A stretch of 33,861 nt of DNA from Basidiobolus meristosporus CBS 931.73 (Eukaryota > Fungi > Basidiobolomycota). Positions within the stretch are counted from its first letter, which is position 1; each line of letters begins with the position of its first letter. Below, one piece after another: positions 21,660 through 32,852 of the stretch. Both the position numbers and the translations under genes were made by a program. A model generated the notes under the pieces. The model made no database searches. It saw only the letters and a program-made list of their open reading frames with translations, and was not told the origin of the DNA. The stretch covers positions 1-33,861 of the forward strand of contig MCFE01000811.1 of the NCBI GenBank assembly GCA_002104905.1, read 5' to 3'.

Positions 21660-23642
21660 CAAGTAGCAATTTGGCCGGACTTAGTCTAATTAAATACAAT
21701 TGTTTTTTCTGGATGGGTGTCTTACTTTGTTTATTTCATATCATATTCTGATAAACAAGAATCTGAATATTTATTTTTTGGAGTTGTTTTGATAATTTGT
21801 CATATTTGTTTTATCTTTTCTTAAGACTTAAACCATGCCTCCTGCCAGTAAACATCTTGATGTTAATGTGCATGTATCAGTATCCAAGCAGTTTATCAAA
21901 CATAAGGAAGTCAAACCACTTTTATCTCTGCATTTTGACTGGAATACACCTGGTTTGAGCTTCAAGGGAGTTACCACTGCACGCTCAACAGTCAACAGCA
22001 ATTTGAAATATGATGTGATTTTGGATCTGGTACCGGGGATTACATTGACTCTTTCACAAAACTGTTTAAAGTATATCAAGACTAACAGTAATGATACCTT
22101 GGGAAACATTGAACCTGCAACTGCTAATACTACCAAGAGTATTGTTACTAAAGACCTATTGGAGGATGCAATCCAAGAAGAGGAGCAGGAGGAAGATGAA
22201 ATTGACCTTACTGCAGCAGACACCTGGATAACTGGGGAAGTATATATTGATTCCTGTACAAGTGGGCCAGCTGATGGTTTTACCTCCTTGAAAGCTTGGT
22301 TAAATATGAAAAATGCTAGAAATGCCTCACCACTGGATTATTTCTTGTTCTTCCTTCCTTTAGATCACTTTTGCACTATTGTCTGGAGGATTAATACTTA
22401 TGCAACTAGCATTGGCCCCTGGACTGACATTACATTTGCCAAGTACATGATGTGGATTGCATTAATCAATCATTCCGACAAAAAGGCTTACTGGAAGAAA
22501 GGCTCTTCTCATTTCTTAATGAACATTGACTTTACGGAATATATATTGTATAGAAGATTTAAAGAGATTCTGAAAATGCACGTTCTTGAGATCCCTTCCC
22601 GAGAACATCAAGAAATCAATGCTCTTTATCAAATTAGATCAACTATTGACGCCTTTAATGAGCACATGAAAACTTGTTTAGAGCCCTGCAAGTATTTAGT
22701 CATTGACAAATCAATGAATCAATGGTTAGGAGCTGGTTTGCCCAATGTTAAGAAAGTCCCAAGGAAGCCGCATCCCATCAGACAGAAGTTCAAGACTTTA
22801 GCAGACCATCACACTGCTTGTATCCTGAGAATAGATACAGTGAGTGATTGGTTACAGAAGGAATATGACAATGATCCTGGTATGTCCAAGTTGACTTCCA
22901 CTGTCAAGCAATTAGTCAAGCCTTGGTTTGGTACTGGCCGTACCGTTATTGCTGACTCTTGGTTTGGATCCCCAAATATAACAATGATGCTGGCTGAACT
23001 TGGTCTGTATTCCATTATGCAAGTGACTAAACACTGCTACTGGCCATGTGGTATGCCCACCACCAATATTGTTGCCAGTGTTGGCAACTTGTATTGTAGA
23101 ATCCTGTCTTGAAGAAACAACATGTGCTCCATTTACTATATTTGTAGGTTTGGTTGATGCTGTTAAAGGTTATGGCTCAAAGCGCCATAGATTAGCTTCC
23201 AAAACTTGTACTGCTGCTCATGTTACAAGCACTAAGGTTGAGTTTTCATGCAGTTGCAACCCTGGCCACCCAATGTGTAAGGACTGCTATACCAGGCACT
23301 TGAAGGTGGTATATGAAAAAACAAATAATACTCAATAATTCTTTGCAGTTAGTTGGATTGGCCATGAAATGTTTGAAATATAATTGCTTAAAGCCATACC
23401 CATTATTCATCAATGAAGTGTTAGACCATTTGGTCCAATTAAAATTTGCCAAAAGTTGCTTCAGTAAAGGTAATATAAGACAAAGTATTTGCAACCATTT
23501 TGAAAAAATTAAAATACCAGCACAAAGTGTATACCAGAGAGATTTCATAAACTTCATTTAGACTTCATATATCCTTGCTATGAGGTCAAAATAATTTAAA
23601 TACAATTGGACCAAATGGTCTGATTGGGCTAATCTCCACTTG
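21660..23642 (+). mobile_element. piggyBac-like DNA transposon with internal deletion
   Basis: TTAA at 21656-21659 and 23643-23646. Removal restores the LTR sequence seen uninterrupted at about 33375-33400. Imperfect CAAGT..ATT.GCC termini. Confidence 0.75.
21835..23338 (+). pseudogene. piggyBac (DDE_Tnp_1_7/PGBD) transposase, broken after the second catalytic Asp; Cys-rich C-terminus in ORF 23048-23338
   Basis: PLDYFLFFLP, RRFKEILK, LVIDKSM (D1), KPHPIRQKF, VIADSWFGS (D2); no third Asp region. The C-terminal KRH..C..FSCSCNPGHPMCKDCYTRH segment is in another frame. Confidence 0.85.
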
Positions 23643-25395
23643 TTAATAAGTTGGAATATTGGAAGAGGGGTGATTTATTTTAAGGGATAGCCTCCCTTAT
23701 ATACTTTTTTTTTGCTGCTCAAATTCTTGCTAGAAAATACTTTCCAGAAGTTTCCAGAAGGTAGTAGACAGCCAATCATGTCATTGTGTACTAAAAATAG
23801 CACAAATTCTTGGTGGATTGTTCCATGAGACATAGTAGCACCTAGCCAATCAGATAGTGGTAATATGAAACCTCTGTGTCATGTAGTTACCTCATATGGT
23901 AGTAGGATAGGATGGTTATGAAACCAGGATGGCCACATGACATAGGCACCGTTGGGAGTACTTGCCTTATATGGTAACTATCTTATCTTGGCATCTTGGC
24001 AAGGAATAGGAATAGCTTGTGTTACAGGTTAATAGTGACAAATAGTTTGCCAGGTTGCATAGTAATAATCACATAGACAGATAGAAAATATTGCAATTTG
24101 GGATGATACTAATATAGGGGGGGGTAATCCTTTTTAGGGAAGTGAATGTATAGGAATGAGCACATCTGCCTGTGGGTGTCACTGTGACCCCACTACAGCG
24201 TACCAACTACTGATGAGGATGTGATATTTACCATCCTGAAAAGCCTGACAGACAAGTTTCAGGGCCTGGTATCAGCTCTGGAGTCCACAACTGAAGATTT
24301 GACCTTAAACTTTATATATGGAAGGCTACTAAATGAAGAATTAAGAAAATCAAGTGCCAATAAGAAGGAAGAAGAAAATGCTTTAATAAGCAATGATAAC
24401 CAACAAATGAGATACCCAAGACCCTACAAAGGCAACAGCAACCTGTTTTGCAACTACTGGAAAAGGAAAGGACCCACATCACACTGGTGCTTCAAAAAGA
24501 AAGATAGTTAGCAGAAAAAGCCTGAATATGGAAATGCTGCAACAACTGAAGATAGACTATTCATATCTGCACTAAATATGACCACAAAAAAGGATTTGCA
24601 GCCATGGTGTATTGACTCTGGCTCATCTCAACACTTTACACACCAAAAAGAACTTTTTACCCAATATCCAGAAATTCCAATTAAGAAGATTTTCATGGGT
24701 GACAATAGAGTACTTGATGCAGTGGGAGATGGAACTATCCAAATAAACCTAAGAAGCAGTGAAGGAAGCCATACACCTACCTTCAGAGAAGTACTCTATG
24801 TACCAGAAATAGCCAAGAACCTACTATCTGTAAGCAAGGCCACAGCAGAAGGACTCAGTTTCAGCTTTGACAATTATGGATGCAAGATCACTGATCAAAA
24901 TGGTGCCCATATGGCTTTGAGTATCAGATATCAGAATCTATACAAGTTGACTTATATTCTATCATATTTGGAAGCCAATATAATTAACTTAAATGAAGAA
25001 ATACCAATGTCTTGGCACAAGAGATTTGGGCACATCAATTTTGATGATTTGCGCAAAATGATCAAATATTAGCTAATTTCCGGAGTAAAAATTGATCCCC
25101 CAGCTAATTTGGAGCACTGTGAAGCCTGCATATATGGGAAACAAGCCAGACAACCATTCAAGAGCTCTGGGTTATTCAAAACTAAGAAAAAATTAGGTCT
25201 AATTCACTCAGATCTGTGTGGACCTATACAAAATTTATCCTTAGGTGGGATGAAGTATTTAATCCCCTTTATTGATAACTATACAAGATAACATGGGTCT
25301 ACTTCATTGAGAGAAAGGAAGAAGATCTGTCTAAGCTCAGGGAGCTTAAAGCCATGGTGGAGAGAGACACTGGTGAAAAAATCAAGAAAATGCGG

Positions 25396-26016
25396 TGTGG
25401 TGGTGTCAAGGTACTCCTGGGTGAGGCTACACAACTCAAGGTGCGTGAGGTGCCTGATGGGTGCAATAACCTCTGTGTCTAAACTGCTGGTGTCTTTGTC
25501 AATATGTCACTATGGTAAAAGCTCCTGCTTCTCTAGGTTCCTAGGTGCTCCAAGTGTCTCCAAAGGCCTCTGTGTGTCTTGTTCACTACCCTGAAGAGCT
25601 CCTTGAAGGCAGGTCTGACATGTACTGTTGAAGGCAGGTGCAGTGATCAACTGCTAATCAAAAAGGTAGAAGTGTTACTGATAGAAGGGATGGTTTATTA
25701 ATGAGTGATTGCTTTCCCTTAAAAACTTTTCCTGATTGCCAAGTGATTACTAATGACAAGGTTCTAGAAGATTCTAGGTATTGGTGGAATTCCTGATGAC
25801 ATCACTATGAGCTAAAAATATGCCAAGAATGTCCTGGAAGATTATAAAAGGCACAGCACATTCAACCAATCAGGAATCAATAGTCTGAGACCTTTGCAAC
25901 ATAGAAATACCATATATGGTATTCAAATGGTAGGGATGGTAACACAGACCTGGGTCATGTGTCATGAGTACTGATGCAGGTACTTGTCCTATGTAGATAC
26001 ATACTGATTGCAAAGC
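25396..26016 (-). mobile_element. Truncated LTR of the TGTGGTG family inserted in Copia-A integrase
   Basis: Begins TGTGGTGGTGT immediately after copia GEKIKKMR. Shares GGGTGCAATAACCTCTG, GCAGTGATC and GGCACAGCACAT.CAACCAATCAGGAATC with the other copies. The right end is lost together with the integrase core. Confidence 0.7.
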
Positions 26017-28124
26017 TTTTTTCACTCCAGAGGACTCCACAACCATGGTTCAGCCGGAATCAGTGCCCAGGAACCCCAGAAGTGATCATTCTAGTATCAG
26101 ATGCCCGGAGATCCAATCAGATAAGAAATAGCCCAATTTACTATATCAATAAGGGTACCAACTTAGCCTATGCCTATTCAGTCCATATTGATGAGCCCCA
26201 GACTGTCAAAGTGGCCCTAAATAGCCCTCAGACAAAGTTTTGGAGATCTGCAATGACTGAGGAATATCAGGCCCTGATGGAAGATCAAACTTGGGACTTG
26301 GTCAAATTACCAATCAATCATAAATCAATTGGATGCAGATGGGTCTTCAAGACAAAATACAAGGTGGATGGTACAATTGAAAGATACAGAGCAAGACTTG
26401 TAGCCAAAGAATATTCTCAAACAAAAGGACTTGACTATACTGAGACCTTTGCACCGGTAGCCAAGTTTAATTCCAACAGATCAATATTAGCTATTTCAGC
26501 CAAATATAAGTTTTATATTCATCAAATGGATGTAAAAACTGCATTTTTGAATGGAGAACTTAATGAGGACGTGTATATGGACCCGCCTAATGGTTTTGCT
26601 GACCAAGATAACCCCCATTTGGTCTGCAAGCTTAAAAAGTCACTATATGGTCTCTAACAATCACCAAGAGCCTGGAATTGCAAGAAAGATTCTTATTTAA
26701 AATCTTTGAGTTTCAAAAGGAGTAAAGCTGACTATGGTATATACTATAAGCCAGATAGATCAAATCCAGCTCTATTAGCTCTATTTGTGGATGATCTTAT
26801 TATAGCCACCATTAACCTAGAAACATTGGAAGAGACTAAATCCAGCCTATCTAAGGAGTTCAAGTTGTCTGAATTAGGAGAACTCAGTTACTAATTAGGG
26901 ATTAAGTTCTCCATAGACAGAAGTACCCAGACTATCACCCTAAGCCAGTTCAAGTATACTCAAGATATACTAAAGAAGTACCAAATGGAAGACTGTAAAC
27001 CGGCAGCTACCCCAATGGAAACAAACTTTAACTTGGTCAAAACTCAACCAAATCAAGAGAGCTTGGTACCATCTGAAAGCCCTGACTTTCCTTATCAATC
27101 TGTAGTTAGCAGTCTGATGTATATCATACTTGGAACATTTCCAGATATCTCATATTCAGTGGGAGTTGTCAGCCAACATAACCAGAACTATGGATCTAAT
27201 CATATTGCAGCAGTTAAGCAGATTTTTAGATACCTAAAAGGAACTGCTGATATCTGCTCAAAATACACTTATAAAGATTCAGAGCAGGATCTTGTGGGAT
27301 ACTCTGATGCTGATTGGGGACAAAGTTTGGAAGACAGAAGATCTACCACAGAATACACCTTTCTTTACTGCAAAGGAGTAATATCATGAAATTCAAGAAA
27401 GCAACCAACTGTAGTACTCTCTACCACAGAGGCAGAGTACATGGCAGCCTGTGAAGCTACAAAACAGACAATGTGGCTAAGAAAGCTTTTTACAGATTTA
27501 GACCTATGTCAAAAGACGCCTATTACTTTATTTCAAGATAATCAAGGATGTATACAACAAGGTAGAAATCTAACTTTTCATGCTAGAACTAAGCACATAG
27601 ATATTAGACATCACTTCATACACAAAGCTATAGAGAATAGCCTAGTTAGCTTAGTTTACTGTCCTACAGATGAAATGATTGCAGACATATTTACAAAACC
27701 ATCAGCTAGAGACAAGTGTGAATATCTTAGGTCAAAATTAGAACTAGTCAGTATGAAAATTTAGCTAAGTGGGAGTTTTGTAAAAAGCCATAATTCCACC
27801 TACATATTCACCTGACTTAGTCACTTGGATCATTACACACAAATCCTAGAGAATACTGACCAAATTCCTTGTTGGGATTTGCTTAGAATATCTTCACTAA
27901 AATATCAGGTACCCAGATAATGAAAATTCTCAAAGTTGTCCAAACAGCCCCAAACATTGCACACATGTTCTTGGGACATTCCTTAACCTATTCTATGTGT
28001 TTGCTATGCCAAGACCATGTAAAAGTATAAATACTACCTTTACATTCAATAAATTATTAAGTGAAAACCATATAGTCTACTTGTCCTCCCAATCACTTCC
28101 AATATCTCCAAGACTCTTACAGCA

Positions 28125-28393
28125 GGTTATGAGCCCCAAGCTGTCACTTTCTGCAATGTCTACTACTGCTATTACTGGAGCTTTTCCCTTGGTTGAAAAG
28201 TTGGATGGATCTAGCTGCCAAGTGCAGAAGGTGAAGATGTAGATGCTGCTACAAGAAAGAGGCCTGTGGGATATTGTTATGGAAGAAGAATGCCCTCCTA
28301 AAAACATGAGAGAGGAAGCCTCAAAGCACCAGATGATAGAACAAAGTGCCTTCAACCGCATTTGCCCTAATGTTAAAGACAAATCACTAATTC
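28125..28393 (+). mobile_element. PBS plus 5' gag fragment following L3 (second copy of the unit at 19920-20188)
   Basis: GGTTATGAGCCC then MSTTAITGAFPLVEKLDGSSCQV; ends at CTAATTC before the inverted LTR. Confidence 0.85.
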
Positions 28394-31300
28394 TGTTGTA
28401 AGAGTCTTGGAGATATTGGAAGTAATTGGGGGGACAAGTAGATTATGTGGTTTCACTTAATGATTTATTGAATGTAAAGGCAGTATTTATACTTTTATAT
28501 GGTCTTGGCATTTCAAACATGTAGATTAGGTTGAGGAATGCCCCAAGAACTTGTGTGCAAAGTTTGGGGCTGTTTGGTCATCTTTGAGAATTTTCATGTT
28601 CAGGGTACCTGGTATTTTGGTGAAAATATTCCAAGTAAATCCCAAGAAGGAATTTAGTCAGTATTTTCTTGGATTTGAAGGTAAAGATCTAAGTGACTAA
28701 GTTAGGTGAATATTAAGGTGGAATTACAGACTTTTACAACACTCCCACTCAGCTAAATGTTCATACAGACTAGTCCCAACTTTGACCTAAAATACTTAAG
28801 CTTGTCTCTAGCTAATGGTTTTGTAAATATGTCTGCAATCATTTCATCCAACAGACAGTAAACTAAGCTAAATAAGTGATTCTCTATAGCTTCATGTATG
28901 AAATGATGTCTAGTATCTATGTGCTTAGTTCTAGCATGAAAAGTTGGATATCTACCTAATTGTATACACCCTTGTTTATCTTGAAATAAAGTAAAAGGCA
29001 TTTTTTGACATAGGCCTAAATCTGTTAAAAGCTTTCTTAACCACATCAGCTCTTTTGTAGCTTCACAGGCTGCCATATACTCTGCCTTTATGGTAGAAAG
29101 TGCTACAGTTGGTTGCTTTCTTGAGTTCCATAAAATTGCTCCTTTACAGTGAAGAAATGTGTATCCTGTTGTGGATTGTCTGCCTTCTAAACTTCATCCC
29201 CAATCAGCATCAGAGTATCCCACAAGGTCCTGCTCTGAGTCCTTATAAGTGTATCTTAAGCAGGTATCAGCAGGACCTGAAGATATCAAAGAATCCACTT
29301 AACTGATGCAATATGATCAGATCCTTAGTTCTGGTTATGTTGGCTGACAACTCCCACTGAATATGAGATATCTGGATGTGTTCCAAGCATGCTATACATC
29401 AAGCTGCTGATCATGGATTGATAAGGAAAGTCAGGGCTCTCAGATGGCACCAAGCTCTTTTGATTTGGTTGAGTTTTGACCAAGTTAAGGTTTGTCTCCA
29501 CTGGGGTAGCTGCCAGTTTGCAGTCTTCCATTTGGTACTTCTTTAGTATATCTTGATTATACTTGGATTTGCTTAGCGTGATAGTCTGGGTACTTCTGTC
29601 TATGGAGAACTTAATCACTAAGTAGTAACTGAGTTCTCCCAGATCAGACAACTTGAACTCCTTAGATAGGCTGGATTTAGTCTCTTGCAATGTTTTTAGG
29701 TTAATGGTGGCTATAATAAGATCATCCACATATAGAGCTGATAGAGCTGGACTTGATCTATCTGGTTTATAGTATATACAATAGGCAGCATTACTCCTTT
29801 TGAAATTCAAAGATTCCTAATGACAATCTATCTTGCAATTCCAGGCTCTTGGTGATTGTTTGAGACCATATAGTGACTTTTTAAGCTTGCAGACAAAATG
29901 GGGGTTATCTTGGTCAGCAAACCCATCAGGCTGGTCCATATACACATTCTCGTCAAGTTTTCTATTCAAAAATGCAGTTTTTACATCCATTTGATGAAAA
30001 TAAAACTTATATTTGGTTGCAATAGCCAATATTAAACTGATGGAATTAAACTTGGCTACTGGTGTAAAGATCTCAGTATAGTCAAGTCCTTTTGTTTGAG
30101 AGCATCCTTTGGCCACAAGTCTTGCTTTGTATCTTTCAATTGTACCATCAGCCTTGTATTTTGTCTTGAAGATGCATATGTATCCAATTAATTTTGGTTA
30201 ATTTGCAATCTGACCAAGTCCCAATTTCAATTTTCCATCAGTGCCTGATATTCCTCCATCATTGCAGATCTCCAAAGCTTTGTCTGAGAGCTATATAGGG
30301 TCTCTTTTACAGTCTGGGGCTCTTCAATATGGACTGAATAGGCATAGGCTAAGCTTGTACCCTTGGGGCTATAATAATTTGGGCTATTTCTTGTCTAATA
30401 GGTTATCCAGGCATTTGAAACTGGAATGATCACCTCTGGTATATTCCTGGGCACTGCTTCAGGCTGAACCATGGCTGTAGAGTCCTCTGGAGTGAAAAGA
30501 TCTCATTGTTTTGCACTGATTCAATCCTGACAATTGGTGGACTTGAGATCAGATTTTCATCATCATTTAATGTCATTTTTGTGAAAACTTTAAATGTTCA
30601 TCAAACAACACATCCCTGGGCTTGATTAGCTTCTTTGCTTTGGTATTGTACAGTCTGTATGCTTTACTCTCATTCCAGTAACCCAAAAATATGCATTTTA
30701 CACTTTTTGGCTCAAAGTTTGACTGATTTTGGGCAGTTTCTTGGCATATGCTGTACACCCAAAAATTCTTAGATGTTCTGCACTTGTTCTGTAGCCATAC
30801 CATGCTTCAAATGGATTAGAATAAGTGAAGCATTCTGTTATAACTCCTACTTTTGAGGTATACATCTGTGGCAACTGATTCTGCCCAAAAATCATAGGAT
30901 GATTTTTGATTCTGGATCATAGATCTTGCCATATCAATTATTGATCTGTTAGCACATTAGACTTGTTCCGTTGGATAGTGCCACATTGAGCCATGAGTGC
31001 CAAATGATGCCATAGTGTGACAGAGAGGCCAAGTGAGCCTATACTTGGCCACAAAGTGTGAAACATAGCTCTGCATCATCATGCAAAGCAGCCCCTGTGT
31101 TTCACCTGTTGCGTAGGAGAAAATCCATTTTTTGACCTTTTTTTTTGGATCAATGTTGTGCAGGATGTGCAAGAGCACATGCAGATTGAAGATATGCCTC
31201 TGGTACTCAATACCCATGGCACTCTGAATCTAGCTCCTGTGGCTTGTAACATGTCACAAATATGTATGGCACTATCTTGGTCCACTGGTATGATATGGCA

Positions 31301-32852
31301 CTATAAGTGCTTTGTATAGGTCTTACTTTAGGGCTAATATTTAAATATAGTGTCAGATAGAACCAGTGGACCAAGATAGTGCCATTCATTTTTGTGACAT
31401 GATACAAGCTACAGGAGCTAGATTCAGAGTGCCACAGGTATTGAGTACCAGATGCATATCTTCAGTTCTCCTGTGCTCTTACACATCCTTAGCTACATTG
31501 ATCCACAAAAAAAGGTCAAAAAATGGATTTTCTCTAACACAATGGGTGAAACACAGGGGCTGCTTTGCATGAAGATGCAGAGCTATGTTTCACGCTCTGT
31601 GGCCAGGTATAGGCTCACTTGACCTCTCTGGCACACTATAGCATCATTTGGCACTCATGGCTCAATGTGGCACTATCCAACGGAACAAGTCTATTCTGTT
31701 ACTACATTTTGCGGTGGGGAGTATGCCACAGTAGTTTCTTGCTTTGTCCCATGAATTTTGCAGAAGTGGATGAAAAGCTTTGAGGTATATTCTCCACCAT
31801 TGCCAAAACGTATTTTCTTGTTTTTTTCATCAGTTTCTCTCTCCACTTTGGTTTTGAGCTCCCTGAACTTAGACAGAGCTTCTTCCTATCTTTCTGTGAG
31901 GTAAACCCACATGTATCTTGTATAATCATCAATAAGAGTGTATAAATACATCATCCTGCCTAAGAATAAGTTTTGCATTGGTCTACACAGATCTGAGTAA
32001 ATTAGATCTAATTATTTCTTAGTTTTGATTAGGACAGAGCTCTTGAATGGCTGTCTGGCTTGTTTCTCATATATGCAGGCTTCACAGTGCTCCAAATTAG
32101 CTGGGGGATCAATTTTTACTCCAGAAATTAGCTAATCTTTGATCATTTTGTGCAAATACTCAAATTGATGTGCTCAAATATCCTGTGCCCAAGCATTGGT
32201 GTTTCTTCATTTAAGTTGCTCATATTGGCTTCAAGATATGATGGAATATAAGTCAGCTTGTATGGATTCTGATATCTGATACCCAAAGCCATATGGGCAT
32301 CATATGGATCTGTGATCTTACATCCAGAAATGCCAAAGCTGAAACTGAGTCCTTCTGCTGTGGCTTTGCTTACAGATGGTAGGTTCTTGGCTATTTCTGG
32401 TACATTGAGTACCTCTTTAAAGGTCAGCGTATGGCTTCCTTAACTGCTTCTAAGGTTTACATGGATAGTTCCTTCTGCCACTGCATCAAGAGTTCTATCA
32501 ACACTCATGAAAACCTTCCAAATTGGAATTTCTTGATATTGGGTAAAAACTTCTTTTTGGTGTATAAAGTGCTGAGATGATCCAGAGTCAATAAACCATG
32601 ATTGAGAATCCTTGTTTGTGGTCATATTTAGTGCAGATATGAATAGTCTATGTTCAGTTGTTGTAGCATTTCCATATTCAGGCTTTTTCTGCTGACTATC
32701 TCTCCTTCTTAAGCACTGGTCTGATGTGTGTTGTTTCCTTTTGCAGTAGTTACAAAACAGGTTGCAGTTGCCTTTGTAGGGTCTTGGGTACCACATTTGT
32801 TGGTTATAATGGCTTATTAAAGCATATCCTTCTTCCTTCTTATTGGCACTCT
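28394..32852 (-). mobile_element. Degenerate Ty1/copia Copia-B (same family, antisense): 3' LTR 28394-28741, RH-RT-IN-PR-gag 3' part; the 5' part lies beyond the window
   Basis: PPT GAGTGGGAG next to the LTR. ORF fragments: MAACEATKELMWLRK (RH), LYVDDLII (RT), FGCTAYA and EPKSVKCIFLGY (IN), WFIDSGSSQH (PR), intact CNYCKRKQHTSDQC knuckle. Confidence 0.92.
30959..31692. mobile_element. Non-coding foldback/MITE-like element, 734 bp, with about 347-bp terminal inverted repeats, a 40-bp spacer and a 3-bp TSD ATT
   Basis: AGACTTGTTCCGTTGGATAGTGCC... at the left end and its reverse complement at the right end. ATT at 30956-30958 and 31693-31695. Removal restores copia integrase ...PQNVVTE-C(R)-ANRSIIDMARSM. 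Confidence 0.9.

Larger units (their letters stand above)
21129..24197 (-). mobile_element. Solo LTR of a second (Ty3-like?) family, about 1.08 kb, split by a piggyBac; inserted in copia gag
   Basis: TGTGGTGG...CCACTACA termini and 4-bp flanks GTGT/GCGT. Removal restores gag V-G-V-P-T-T-D-E-D. TATA-like GTATATAAGGGAGG on the minus strand is shared with the copy at 32853. Confidence 0.75.
20321..28124 (+). mobile_element. Degenerate Ty1/copia retrotransposon Copia-A: LTR L2 20321-20669, gag-PR-IN-RT-RH, LTR L3 27776-28124; interrupted at 21129-24197 and about 25396-26016
   Basis: 349-bp LTRs, PBS GGTTATGAGCCC, PPT AAGTGGGAG. Motifs: KLDGSNYQVWK (gag), WCIDSGSSQH (PR), WHKRFGH/CEAC and IHSDLCGP (IN), HQMDVKTAFLNG and LFVDDLII (RT), YSDADWG and IADIFTKP (RH). 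Many stops; the integrase core is deleted. Confidence 0.93.

Noticed and set aside
19571-28741. Repeated 349-bp units considered as a CRISPR-like or satellite array
   Set aside because: They are retrotransposon LTRs with TG..CA ends, PBS and PPT; the context is eukaryotic.
31079-31572. Near-identical ORFs MDQDSAIH.. on opposite strands suggesting a gene pair
   Set aside because: A consequence of the foldback element's inverted arms; no coding signature.
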